IMG/VR virus record: IMGVR_UViG_3300006919_000003
Direction: 5' to 3' (one strand)
Length of the DNA stretch: 20,000 nt
Source: an uncultured virus (IMG/VR IMGVR_UViG_3300006919_000003)
Taxonomy: Duplodnaviria > Heunggongvirae > Uroviricota > Caudoviricetes > Schitoviridae
Of the stretch, positions 8,601 through 15,707 are shown one piece after another (the first letter of the stretch is position 1; each line of letters begins with the position of its first letter). Made by a program: the position numbers and the translations under genes. The notes beneath the pieces are model-generated. The model made no database searches. It saw nothing but the letters and a program-made list of their open reading frames with translations, and was not told where the DNA came from.

Positions 8601-11600
8601 TCTGAAGGATGTACGTAATACACTCGAAGAAACTGCTAAAAGTATTCAGGCTCGTAAAGAAGCAATCAATGAAGTTCTGTTCTCTGTTGACCATATGGCT
8701 TCAGCGGAGTCTCCATACACAAACAAGGGTAAAGCCCTTGAAGGTGATGTAGTTGAGGCTATTAACGAGATTTATGAAAGTAAACTTCCTAAAGAGCAAA
8801 AAGAAGCTATTCAGGAAGAAACAAACGAATTCAAAGACTTAGTGTCTAAGTATGGTAAAAAAGAGAACGGTATCACGTCTCTTAATACTGAAGCATTTGA
8901 GCTTATGATGGGTGAGGCTAAACTCTCTAAAGAGCTGTCCGAAATATTCAACACTCTTCGGACTAACCTCGACCCAGATACAGTTTTTGTTTTTGGTTCC
9001 CAACTGGAATTGACCCAATTTAGAGATAGTAATTTCCCAGATCGAAATGATGGAAAGATGATTTCTAAAGGTCAGATCGACCTGTTGAACAACGTAATTT
9101 ACGTAGGTAACCAATCACCTGAAACTGTACTCCATGAAGCAGTTCATGCGGCTACAATGGGTAAGGTACTTGATTTCTACACAGACCAAGATTTGCTTAA
9201 TGACGACGACACCGCTTCGCTACGTCGTCTGGAAGCACTTATGGATGAGTTCTTGAAACAAGACTTCAGATATGATGATGAGGCTACTCGTAACGCTGCA
9301 AGCGATACAATTCAGACCATCAACGAGTATCTGCAAAGAAACACACCAGAAGACAACGCAGCAGCGTTGAATGAGTTCATGGCTTGGAACCTGACTAACC
9401 AAAACTTGATTGAAGTTGGTAAGGGTACTCGTGTTCGCTCTCCTTTGGCAAAAGTAGTGGGTAAAGCAATTGCTCTCATGAAACGTCTATTAGGTGCTGT
9501 AAAAGGTGATGTATTCAATAACATCTTATTCAACACTAAAGTTCTATTGAGCACACCAAGAAACATCATGGATAGTGTATCTGCTACATTGCAACTTAAT
9601 CAGTTTGCTGAAGCAGGTAATGACCCACGTCTACAACGTATGACAGAGTTGTTTGATGCTAAGATTGCTTCGCATATCAGAGCACAGAAGAACCCATTGA
9701 AGACCGAAACAACAAGAGCAATCGCAGAGGCTTCCAAGTCTACTACATTGTTCATTCAGAATGGTTTCTCAATGAATATGCAACAGAAGCAGTTGTTTAG
9801 TTCAATCCAGGCAGCACTTGCTACTCAGATGGACATGGATAAGCTTTCACTGGTACGTGCTCAGAAGATCTACAAACAAGTTATCGATAAGTTAAAAGTC
9901 GAAGACTTCATGGATAATCCTGAAAGCACGAACCCAAATGATCGTCATATCGCTCAGAACAAATACAACGTATTGACTGGTGCGTATGGACGTAATGAGG
10001 ATGCTTTAACTCGCTCAAATCTCCTGTCATCATTCTTGGCTTTGGCTCAAGTAGACGAAGGTTTCCGAGCAATCCTAGATGAAGTTGTACTCCCAAAAAC
10101 AATCAATGTTGATACTTCATCAACAAATGATTTGCTGAATTCATTGGGTACTTCAATGATGAATGCTCTGGCTATTACGATTACTCGTGAAGGACTGAAC
10201 AATCGCAATTCACGTCAAGCACTTGATAACCTTACACAATCTTTGGGCCGTATCGAAGAAGACAGCAAGACATACATTGAAAGAGCTGCTCAAAATCTCT
10301 TAGATAACGGTGATAAAAGAGGTTCTGATTTCCTTGTCAAAGTAGGTAACCAAATTGGTAACACTGCTGATGTAAAGGCTCAGAGCACAACAGGTATTCG
10401 TAAGTTCCTATGGCAAAGTGCTGCTGTAGCTTCTGGTGCTATCAGTCGTGAAAGAGGTGCTACACTCGTTAAAGTGGGTACTGAATTTATGAACACACAG
10501 AACGTATGGACACCAATCAGAGAAGTCTTTGAAGAGATTGTATCTCGTACTGAAGACAATGGTGTTGTTGTCGATATGGTCAACAAAGTGAAATACGCTG
10601 TTTCCAGCGTTAGACAGGATTTCCGTGAGACATTGCCTGAAATTATTGCTTCTCGTTTTACTCGTAAGCTTTCAAAGCAAGAGTGGAAAAATCTTTATCG
10701 TGCATTTGGTAAGACTGACCTTGCTGCTTTGGGTGCAAGCTATAAAATGGACGATATTGTTGATATTATCAGTTCAAGAAAGAAGCTTAATGCTGAGATC
10801 AACTCTCTGGAAGAAGAGCTAAAATCACTCTCACCTAAGAACCATCGTCAATATATGGACAAGTCCAAGCAATTGGCTCGGTTCATGATGGAAGGTATCC
10901 CAGGGAAGAACCTATTGCGTAATGCTTTCGCTATCTCTCGTATGTTAAATGAAGATGTTCGTGTGGATACTACTTCACAGCGTGCTATTGAAGTAATCGA
11001 CGAATTGACCAGCCTATATGCTGTATCTCGTATCGATGACAAAACACTTGATAGTGTGATGGAACTCGTTTCTTCTGAGAAAGAAGGTAGCGAATTTATG
11101 ACATATTACTTGTTTGGTCTCCGTTCTGAAGAGAATAAGAAGATCAACAATGATAGAGCACTATTGAATGGTTATAAGGGTTATATCCCTTCAGAGGCTC
11201 AGGATGGTGTACGATTAATCGTTGCTGACGATACAAACCATGATGAACTCCTTAAGTCTGGTTATACCCGTAAAGGTAATTACGTAGGCTCAGGTGTTGG
11301 TGTAGAAGCTGGTAGACGTTCATATTATCACTCTGTAGTTGCAGGTAAAAATACCTTCTCTCAGGGTGCTATGCAGACTGTTCAAGTAGCTGTAAATGGA
11401 GTTGATCCTAGATCTGGGGTATCAGTCACTGGTTCAACCGCAGGTACAATTACTGGTGCTTCTGTCAGTGGTATTAATAACCGCATCAAGAAATCCTCTA
11501 AACTCAACGAGAATGAGGCTCTGATGCCTGTATTTGGTGGTTCTGGGGAGGTTGTTGCCTTTGAGCGTGCAATGGATCCTAGAGAGCTTACAATCCTTAA

Positions 11601-12924
11601 TCGGAATGAGCACATCGGTGAGATGCTAGGAGCTTGGAGAGGCCGTCAGGCTGAGGAGCAGATTGCTCAGGGCTTCAATGAAATGCTTGTGGATAACATC
11701 AAAACCGTATGGGATCGTGATAAGACTGAGCGTAAGGACGAATTCGTCAACTTAGCTGATACAAGTCTCAAGGATCCAATCTTTAAAGACGCATGGTCTG
11801 TTATTCCTCGTGACACACGAGATTACATCTCAAGTGTGTTCGGTGAGGATACATTCATGGTGCGTAAAGACATGATAAACAATGCTCTCGGTTACCGTAA
11901 TGCCTCAATTGCTGACGCATGGACTGGTGGAACTCGGTTTGATCCAAAGATCCAGAAAGCATTGGTGGACAGTGCGACATTCATCTTCGGTAAGAAAGCA
12001 TATAAGTACCTTGTAACAGGTGAAAAAGGCTTACAGACTGCTGTGTCTACAGCCAAGAACACGATTGTTATTCGGTCAGTATTCGTTCCTGTTGCGAACA
12101 TGTTGTCTAACCAATTGCAGCTCCTCATGAGAGGTGTTGCTCCACGGGATATGCTGAAATATCAGAGAACCAAACTTGTTGAGATTGATGCTCATCTGAA
12201 AAATCTGCGTAGACGTGTGGAAGCAGAAGCTGAATTGCTTACTGTCCAGGATAATCCTATCAAAGCACGTAAACTTGAGACGGAAATCCAATCGCTGAAT
12301 GACGCTGATAAGCGCATGTCGATTTATCCGCTTATTCAAGCTGGTGAATTCTCCACCATCTCTGAAGGACTAACTGATATTGATGTGTCTCTATCTTCAG
12401 GTAAGATTGTGGATTATATCGAAGGTTTGGTCGATAAGCTTCCTGAAGGTGTTAAGACTGTTGGTAAATACGCTATCGTTGGTAGAGATACTGCTTTGTA
12501 CCAAGGTATGTCTCGTGCTGTTCAGTACGGTGACTTCTTAGGTAAAGCAGTGCTCTACGAACACTTGGTAGCTAATGAAGGTCTTTCTGAGAAAGAAGCT
12601 CTTGCACGTATTACCAATGAATTTGTGAACTTTAATTTGCTCCCAGGTAGAACAAGATCCTACACAGAGAGCATGGGTTTGACTTGGTTCTGGAACTTTA
12701 AATTGCGTACCATGAAGGTTGCAATCGATATGATGCAGAGAAATCCAGTCAGAGTTCTATTGAGTGGTTTGGCAGCTCCTGTAGCACCAGACATCGGTAT
12801 TGGTTCCCCGATTACAGATAACTTCTTGTCAGTCCTTGAGGATGATCGTCTGAAGTATTCTATCGGCCCAGATATGATGTTTAATGCTCCTGGGTTGAAC
12901 CCTTGGGTACAATTATTCAGGTAA
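2671..12924 (+). CDS. Virion-encapsidated RNA polymerase (N4 gp50-like vRNAP)
   Basis: 3417 aa. The T7-family motifs occur in N4 form: TKVGR (6856-6870), motif A LEADGKTDGPINAM (D at 7276), motif B RNTLKNPLTVTVYGSG (from 7591) and motif C PVFDG (D at 8386). Also an N-terminal Gly/Ala-rich hydrophobic region, an acidic linker (~5310-5650) and a C-terminal region with HEAVH. No Cys seen. Confidence 0.97.
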   Translation: MTDAIDNILNGFSDPSPSVSDSLKSFGQPTTPAPIPEKTEQQKALEALSNPQAIEALGASEVNNGVLADQKFAKDLKDMDYGTLLRTYGEDVAKNRWKYLTGKQKVTDPLTNNRTTGEIAKDTALAVGGGAIGTINNIESSLLSVWDGYANAVNSVPRKLNDLGLLPDFLRPGYSTLGVTRAQQAERGQEYIQSLKSDPLKERLEATNKIRADQEINSEAAREADVNSGTSPLVADLKKLGRDFIEEGGNLLNDPAVSGDIVATGVGSLLTSAGVVGKIAKAGGGTKLATATGVGAVESSGTFTQAANDVLGMSESELLSGSDRYIELRATLNHEEARKVVAQEVANNAAINQLPIATATGLIAGKFEAAPLSAGSVKEAVRNVGSQVVEEAVQSGTSEFSTNKAVRDIADSSRELTEGVGVSAAQGAVGGLGAATAAQGPAVVSKSSDAVLKPAIQKSVDVGTAIIEARNQRIQDGLDAESPVGTNATEAARETVKETATVNPELAQVINFGEGEIEALPETIKGMFGNTEGTTKIDTLVDIVNNVGKDEFTPEQEKDLVLYAFSEIGKLQEFALSERTDDQALNNAKDAILDMASNKAFVEAVQKAIAVDENIENSPEVTEVTQADVDTTVRIAEANPSGVDPKKIDAILDQHARGKIIIPEILVKKIKAASKIAKELRKTEALKASIEQERVDTINAQGSGPKVEVRKTRDIVRREINFEGKRVKIKGQGEKILPSLNDFYSNILGSISSKNGTAIDRNGQLVDAQSSFEQLGNFAQHMVNKVEAINTSAKGGKGEKVSFRTLTPFGFVEAGEKGSSQIFANAKSPNSISTAKEALVDANSAIDLYNNLLDLYPEELSGEKLTKPSLYQSLNSGLSVVDTADETSAVSTEAFDDAPSSETTERPTEEAAQESSSETTEEITNEEESTEVIDNETNTTEPQSTESSEPSTETEQTSEEQAEPVEEVVEEPQTEGTEAETSGEGENIGEPSESVLEARSFDNLISDNFSKAFSVKTEKAILPYDQLKEAFTSQESLQEASKADLPYLMNDDARKAFAGMLEKAVPTLIKRLNGRLDTAKVNKSQTVRQALAAGKDLVNFRDTRATNLIDTETGNYDQNLIEQASLAAVHWIMTSAKGRSLNVEEVADAFGVSLDNVTNEMQDALNFGMSATSAKEALSNIIQSFWGSETNPDASLSVTRGIPEAIAAELITVMDGIMLNTKRFKVTKNVNGKLEEVDYVAISTESENSVNFVKEMGPAKTILGDMLLGQDPELPSFGVPHTKVAKTQKRNPLSKLTDKEQRVIKSAQKIKFFRNPAFITFMNAMGEDNYTKLLGSTDVSETSTNKVHAKSIEGVNMSNASGFRQTLEQDNALQAYAEATETAANDVPVHYNWYVTKVGRLHMSGFGPQADKTAREAYSPTVSTLDLTKLQDNDFFWMTVAQSSDLVKTEKVTRVEAVKQAKEIYQKYPKTLDILRGWLRVEDGALNEQEISTITDELGAVTAKQIHALLSVAQYDNAYSEGSQSEFKHMLSLEADGKTDGPINAMMNFISGRFTNDQLSMLAKGGFFLNQEGRTLNDHYQTDPADLYQVGASRFTELLGTLNQDLVENYPESAKYMSALLNFSNHFGEIEFVDGDLVIGRNTLKNPLTVTVYGSGANGIAQKVSSALMTSFYEELTKKNTGQPSKLDDYPTISEDMKTLFGNKTFQNPKTLEWATINSNDAIASSKDLTNFEFSLKNKENFNTNVKSLFVTPMYQAINEMMGETTDTTTQFQTATQIQSIVLIDKFQRALDQKLEEKREAGEIGKGEFLSQNDYNQIFKEIEKYGAIVENDEQVLNFATSEKSESRYEFSRSLDGKLGGQSTLPAPSEAGVRAAPYITINRGDAQMVNNIYDAKDAPLRSLPVFDGIELAADDIDTASEMINRSVTEAWMQNPAKDVSDSFNAFLRAEPLEGLSQEAETSLREMLGMNSEDNIEEVLKDVRNTLEETAKSIQARKEAINEVLFSVDHMASAESPYTNKGKALEGDVVEAINEIYESKLPKEQKEAIQEETNEFKDLVSKYGKKENGITSLNTEAFELMMGEAKLSKELSEIFNTLRTNLDPDTVFVFGSQLELTQFRDSNFPDRNDGKMISKGQIDLLNNVIYVGNQSPETVLHEAVHAATMGKVLDFYTDQDLLNDDDTASLRRLEALMDEFLKQDFRYDDEATRNAASDTIQTINEYLQRNTPEDNAAALNEFMAWNLTNQNLIEVGKGTRVRSPLAKVVGKAIALMKRLLGAVKGDVFNNILFNTKVLLSTPRNIMDSVSATLQLNQFAEAGNDPRLQRMTELFDAKIASHIRAQKNPLKTETTRAIAEASKSTTLFIQNGFSMNMQQKQLFSSIQAALATQMDMDKLSLVRAQKIYKQVIDKLKVEDFMDNPESTNPNDRHIAQNKYNVLTGAYGRNEDALTRSNLLSSFLALAQVDEGFRAILDEVVLPKTINVDTSSTNDLLNSLGTSMMNALAITITREGLNNRNSRQALDNLTQSLGRIEEDSKTYIERAAQNLLDNGDKRGSDFLVKVGNQIGNTADVKAQSTTGIRKFLWQSAAVASGAISRERGATLVKVGTEFMNTQNVWTPIREVFEEIVSRTEDNGVVVDMVNKVKYAVSSVRQDFRETLPEIIASRFTRKLSKQEWKNLYRAFGKTDLAALGASYKMDDIVDIISSRKKLNAEINSLEEELKSLSPKNHRQYMDKSKQLARFMMEGIPGKNLLRNAFAISRMLNEDVRVDTTSQRAIEVIDELTSLYAVSRIDDKTLDSVMELVSSEKEGSEFMTYYLFGLRSEENKKINNDRALLNGYKGYIPSEAQDGVRLIVADDTNHDELLKSGYTRKGNYVGSGVGVEAGRRSYYHSVVAGKNTFSQGAMQTVQVAVNGVDPRSGVSVTGSTAGTITGASVSGINNRIKKSSKLNENEALMPVFGGSGEVVAFERAMDPRELTILNRNEHIGEMLGAWRGRQAEEQIAQGFNEMLVDNIKTVWDRDKTERKDEFVNLADTSLKDPIFKDAWSVIPRDTRDYISSVFGEDTFMVRKDMINNALGYRNASIADAWTGGTRFDPKIQKALVDSATFIFGKKAYKYLVTGEKGLQTAVSTAKNTIVIRSVFVPVANMLSNQLQLLMRGVAPRDMLKYQRTKLVEIDAHLKNLRRRVEAEAELLTVQDNPIKARKLETEIQSLNDADKRMSIYPLIQAGEFSTISEGLTDIDVSLSSGKIVDYIEGLVDKLPEGVKTVGKYAIVGRDTALYQGMSRAVQYGDFLGKAVLYEHLVANEGLSEKEALARITNEFVNFNLLPGRTRSYTESMGLTWFWNFKLRTMKVAIDMMQRNPVRVLLSGLAAPVAPDIGIGSPITDNFLSVLEDDRLKYSIGPDMMFNAPGLNPWVQLFR

Positions 12925-13293
12925 AGTGGCTAACAGGTTTCTAGCCTGTTCGTCACCTCTTTCAGACATCTCAGTGAGATATTGTTTTACAGGATCTTGT
13001 TCGGTAGCTTTGTCTTTGAGGCTTTTTCTAATAACCTCTTCAACTACTTCATGAATACCTGCCCCACCATTGTACCAAAGACACATGAAACGTGTTTGAT
13101 CTGATGGTGGTATTAGCAAAGAAAATCCATGAGCGTCTATATCTGCTAAACAGAAGAAAGAATATAGCTGACCATCTACATTGACATAATGGCAACCGTG
13201 TTCTTCTTCCAATTCGTAGAAATCATCAGCATCAGGATCAATATTTAAAGATGATTTTTTAAATATACCATATGCGACTTGCATTTCACTCAT
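12913..13293 (-). CDS. Hypothetical protein (126 aa, acidic)
   Basis: ORF with good SD (AGGAG) upstream of the ATG and protein-like composition. Its 3' end overlaps the vRNAP 3' end by 12 bp. No family recognised. Confidence 0.75.
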   Translation of the reverse strand: MSEMQVAYGIFKKSSLNIDPDADDFYELEEEHGCHYVNVDGQLYSFFCLADIDAHGFSLLIPPSDQTRFMCLWYNGGAGIHEVVEEVIRKSLKDKATEQDPVKQYLTEMSERGDEQARNLLATLPE

Positions 13294-13302
13294 AATGATC
13301 TC

Positions 13303-13869
13303 CTATGATTTGAATATGAGGCTTGTAGAGGGTTTGCTTTCAGCAGTAACACCCTTGGGTGTTTGCTTTGTTCTTGGTGGTCTTAATGAGATGAAACCAT
13401 TATTAAACGTCTTACGGTCTGGTAGATTACCACCAGGCTGAGTAAGTTGCTTATAATTGTGTTTACGGAAGTGAATCATCTTCTCAAGAATACTACTACC
13501 ATCTGATTGATCTGGACTTCCGAAGAACCTTTGAAATTCGTTGTCCTCAATCAGAATGGTAATAGCATCTTGAATGGTTTCTGGCCCCGTTAGAGGAGCA
13601 GGGATAAAATGGTCGCAATCAGCGAAGTCTCGCTGTATTGTGCCATCACCTGCAACCCAGTAGCCATTAGTATCATCAAAATTGACATAGACATCTCTGT
13701 TTCTGGGAGTGTCCTCATAACACTCACCTCCGAGTAAATCTGACAGAGTGTTGAACCTAAAAGTTTTTGATTGGTATGTACCAACCGTTTTCCAGTAGGC
13801 CCATATCTCCGTTCGGTCACTGGACAATATTGGTTGCCCAAATCGCGAATATGAAAAGTTTGACATCAT
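13303..13869 (-). CDS. Hypothetical protein (~188 aa)
   Basis: The ORF track starts at 13902, inside a hairpin. The likelier start is ATG 13869 or 13866, preceded by SD GAGGA (13876-13872). No family recognised. Confidence 0.7.
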   Translation of the reverse strand: MMSNFSYSRFGQPILSSDRTEIWAYWKTVGTYQSKTFRFNTLSDLLGGECYEDTPRNRDVYVNFDDTNGYWVAGDGTIQRDFADCDHFIPAPLTGPETIQDAITILIEDNEFQRFFGSPDQSDGSSILEKMIHFRKHNYKQLTQPGGNLPDRKTFNNGFISLRPPRTKQTPKGVTAESKPSTSLIFKS

Positions 13870-13876
13870 CTTCCTC

Positions 13877-13913
13877 AAAATTAAGGCTCTACAGTCGGTC
13901 AACCGTAGAGCCT
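13877..13913 (-). terminator. Intrinsic terminator, possibly bidirectional
   Basis: Minus-strand RNA reads AGGCUCUAC-GGUU-GACC-GACU-GUAGAGCCU-UAAUUUU: a 9-bp perfect stem, extendable to 13 bp with G-U pairs, then a U-rich tail. On the + strand the stem is followed by CTTTCTCTC. Confidence 0.65.
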
Positions 13914-13946
13914 CTTTCTCTCAATAAGTGACGTTATTCACCACCA

Positions 13947-14141
13947 TCAAGGGGGTTTATAATCGTCGTCTTCCTGACCGTCAGGTTTAAATATTTGGTA
14001 TGAAAACCAAATGATAAAACCCACAATTGCAATCGGTACAATGATAGATAAGACAATAGTACCGATTGTTATGACCACTATGATCATAGCAGCAAGTATG
14101 AAGGCCATTAGCAGACCAATGGTTCTGCTAAAATAGTTCAT
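13947..14141 (-). CDS. Small membrane protein (64 aa, probably two TM helices)
   Basis: About 40 uninterrupted hydrophobic residues (IGLLMAFILAAMIIVVITIGTIVLSIIVPIAIVGFIIWFSY) and an acidic tail. The start overlaps the upstream stop (TAATG), indicating coupling. Confidence 0.8.
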   Translation of the reverse strand: MNYFSRTIGLLMAFILAAMIIVVITIGTIVLSIIVPIAIVGFIIWFSYQIFKPDGQEDDDYKPP

Positions 14142-14503
14142 TACCCGTTACCGAAGATCGAGTCAGACTGAGTTGTGACAGCGGCTGGTTCGTCGCTTGG
14201 TTCTGCTGTCTCTTCAACTGTATCATCAGCTTCTTCGACAGTCTCAGTAGACTCCTCAGTAGCATCAACAGTTTCAGTGACAGTTTCTGTCTCTGGTTCA
14301 GAAACAGGCTCAGGAGAGGCTACAGAAGCTTCTGCTGGTGCTTCTGAAGCTGGTGAGATATCAACAGCAGCGGTAAAACCGTTACCATTACGACCAGCTT
14401 TAAATGTTGTAGTGACTTCCATGCCATCTGCAACAGTGACCATAGAGCGTACATACATTTCGATTGCACGATCAAGGTCTTGAGACTTCAATTGGAGTTC
14501 CAT
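14141..14503 (-). CDS. Hypothetical acidic protein (N4-like gene downstream of the resolvase)
   Basis: 120 aa. A folded-looking N-terminal ~50 aa (FKAGRNGNGFTAAVDI) precedes an E/T/A/P low-complexity tail ending in SIFGNG. SD AAGGA. Confidence 0.85.
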   Translation of the reverse strand: MELQLKSQDLDRAIEMYVRSMVTVADGMEVTTTFKAGRNGNGFTAAVDISPASEAPAEASVASPEPVSEPETETVTETVDATEESTETVEEADDTVEETAEPSDEPAAVTTQSDSIFGNG

Positions 14504-14514
14504 AGGAATATTCC

Positions 14515-14910
14515 TTAAATTGTGAGTGGGGTTATGTGTGCTTCCACTCTAGGGTTTTCGGGATCAATCTCCGCAAAATCAAACGCTACACCAGGTAAGA
14601 ACTTATAGTTATCATCTGTTAAGCGTCCATGTTCAACAATAGCATCGGATAAGAATTTATCTTGAACAGAGCATACGTTTGAAACGTCTACTTCACGTCT
14701 TGTCTTTGGATAAAGCCAATAGTGAATTCTTACTCTGTCCAGAACAGGTAGAAGTTTAATCTGATCTTCCATTACCTCTTTATATACAATCTTCGCTTTA
14801 TTCAGCGTAAAGTAGTGTGCGTTGCGGTAATTATTGAGATTCAGGATGAACTTCTTCTGTTTGGTCTTAGTCGATACATCGACTGATAATGGGAGAATGA
14901 GTTTGTGCAT
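14515..14910 (-). CDS. RusA-like Holliday junction resolvase (N4 gp46-like)
   Basis: 131 aa with the RusA pattern TRREVDVSNVCSVQDKFLSDAIVEHGRLTDDN (DxxN...K...D...G..xDD) and C-terminal PRVEAHI. Lies just downstream of SSB, as in N4. Confidence 0.8.
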   Translation of the reverse strand: MHKLILPLSVDVSTKTKQKKFILNLNNYRNAHYFTLNKAKIVYKEVMEDQIKLLPVLDRVRIHYWLYPKTRREVDVSNVCSVQDKFLSDAIVEHGRLTDDNYKFLPGVAFDFAEIDPENPRVEAHITPLTI

Positions 14911-14946
14911 AACGGGTTCCTTTGGTTATGAGAACCCGTTGTACAC
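14905..14946 (-). promoter_or_regulatory. RNA hairpin sequestering the SD and start codon of the resolvase gene
   Basis: Minus-strand RNA reads GUGUAC-AACGGGUUCU-CAUAACCAAA-GGAACCCGUU-AUGCAC. It has a perfect 9-bp core (14940-14932 / 14919-14911) plus an outer GUGUA/UGCAC pairing. The 3' arm holds the GGA of the SD and the AUG. Confidence 0.7.
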
Positions 14947-14947
14947 C

Positions 14948-15670
14948 TTATTTGTCAAAAAGGGAAGTCTGAGGTTTTTCAGATCCACCTTGAGGAGCTG
15001 AACCAGGAGCACCTGATTTACCTTCAGCACCTTTGGCTTTGTTGACAGTCTTGCCTTCGTTCTTTTCAACCCATTTCGGGTAGAATTGAGCTTCTTCAAT
15101 GCCCTGTTTGTATTCAGTAACAGTGCGCTTTGTTTCAGCATGGAAGAACTTGTCGATCTCGTTGGTATCACGAGTTTCACCAGTAGGTTGATAAACACCG
15201 TTACCATCCTTTTTGGTCTTATCGACAACGACTTTTTTCACACCAGCAGTGATCGGTTTACCAATCAAGCCAGTAAGAACTTGAACGTTCTTTGGAAGCT
15301 CTTTTTTAGCTTCAAAGTCGTAGATGTTCACAGTCTTTTCTTCAGTTTCCTGAGCTGCAAGACCATGACCTGTCGCCAATTGACACATGTTATCAACCAT
15401 TACGAAGCCTGGAAGACCATGTTTTTTGGTAGCATCCTGTTTGTCCGTATAGAAGTTTTCACCCTTACGGTTTGTAATCCAGAATGTTTCACGGTATTCA
15501 AAGCCATTCATGTCAATGATTGTTGTGATAGATTGTGCATCAGATGAAGCTGACTTACCTACGTAAGCAACCTTGATAACACCATCTTGTGGCCCAGATT
15601 CAAGTACACCACCTCCACCGAGGCGATCACCAGACTCTTCAAGACCTTCAGTTGTCATATTTCCGAACAT
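14948..15670 (-). CDS. ssb: Single-stranded DNA-binding protein (N4 gp45-like; in N4 also the late-transcription activator)
   Basis: 240 aa with N4-SSB-like segments (DRLGGGGVLESG, YRETFWIT, LPGF, TGETRDTNEIDKFFH) and a flexible G/S/A/P tail ending SLFDK. Strong, unstructured RBS (TAAGGA). Synteny matches N4. Confidence 0.9.
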   Translation of the reverse strand: MFGNMTTEGLEESGDRLGGGGVLESGPQDGVIKVAYVGKSASSDAQSITTIIDMNGFEYRETFWITNRKGENFYTDKQDATKKHGLPGFVMVDNMCQLATGHGLAAQETEEKTVNIYDFEAKKELPKNVQVLTGLIGKPITAGVKKVVVDKTKKDGNGVYQPTGETRDTNEIDKFFHAETKRTVTEYKQGIEEAQFYPKWVEKNEGKTVNKAKGAEGKSGAPGSAPQGGSEKPQTSLFDK

Positions 15671-15707
15671 ATGTATATTCCTTATTAGTTCGTGTTAAGT
15701 TGTTGAA

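Noticed and set aside
14925..14958. Perfect TTGACA on the minus strand at the SSB 3' end
   Set aside because: No -10 element at 16-18 nt spacing (GTTCTC at 17); it is encoded by F-D-K codons.
14175..15547. ORFs 14175-14483 (+), 14926-15228 (-) and 15086-15547 (+)
   Set aside because: They almost entirely overlap well-supported genes and look like antisense or off-frame shadows.
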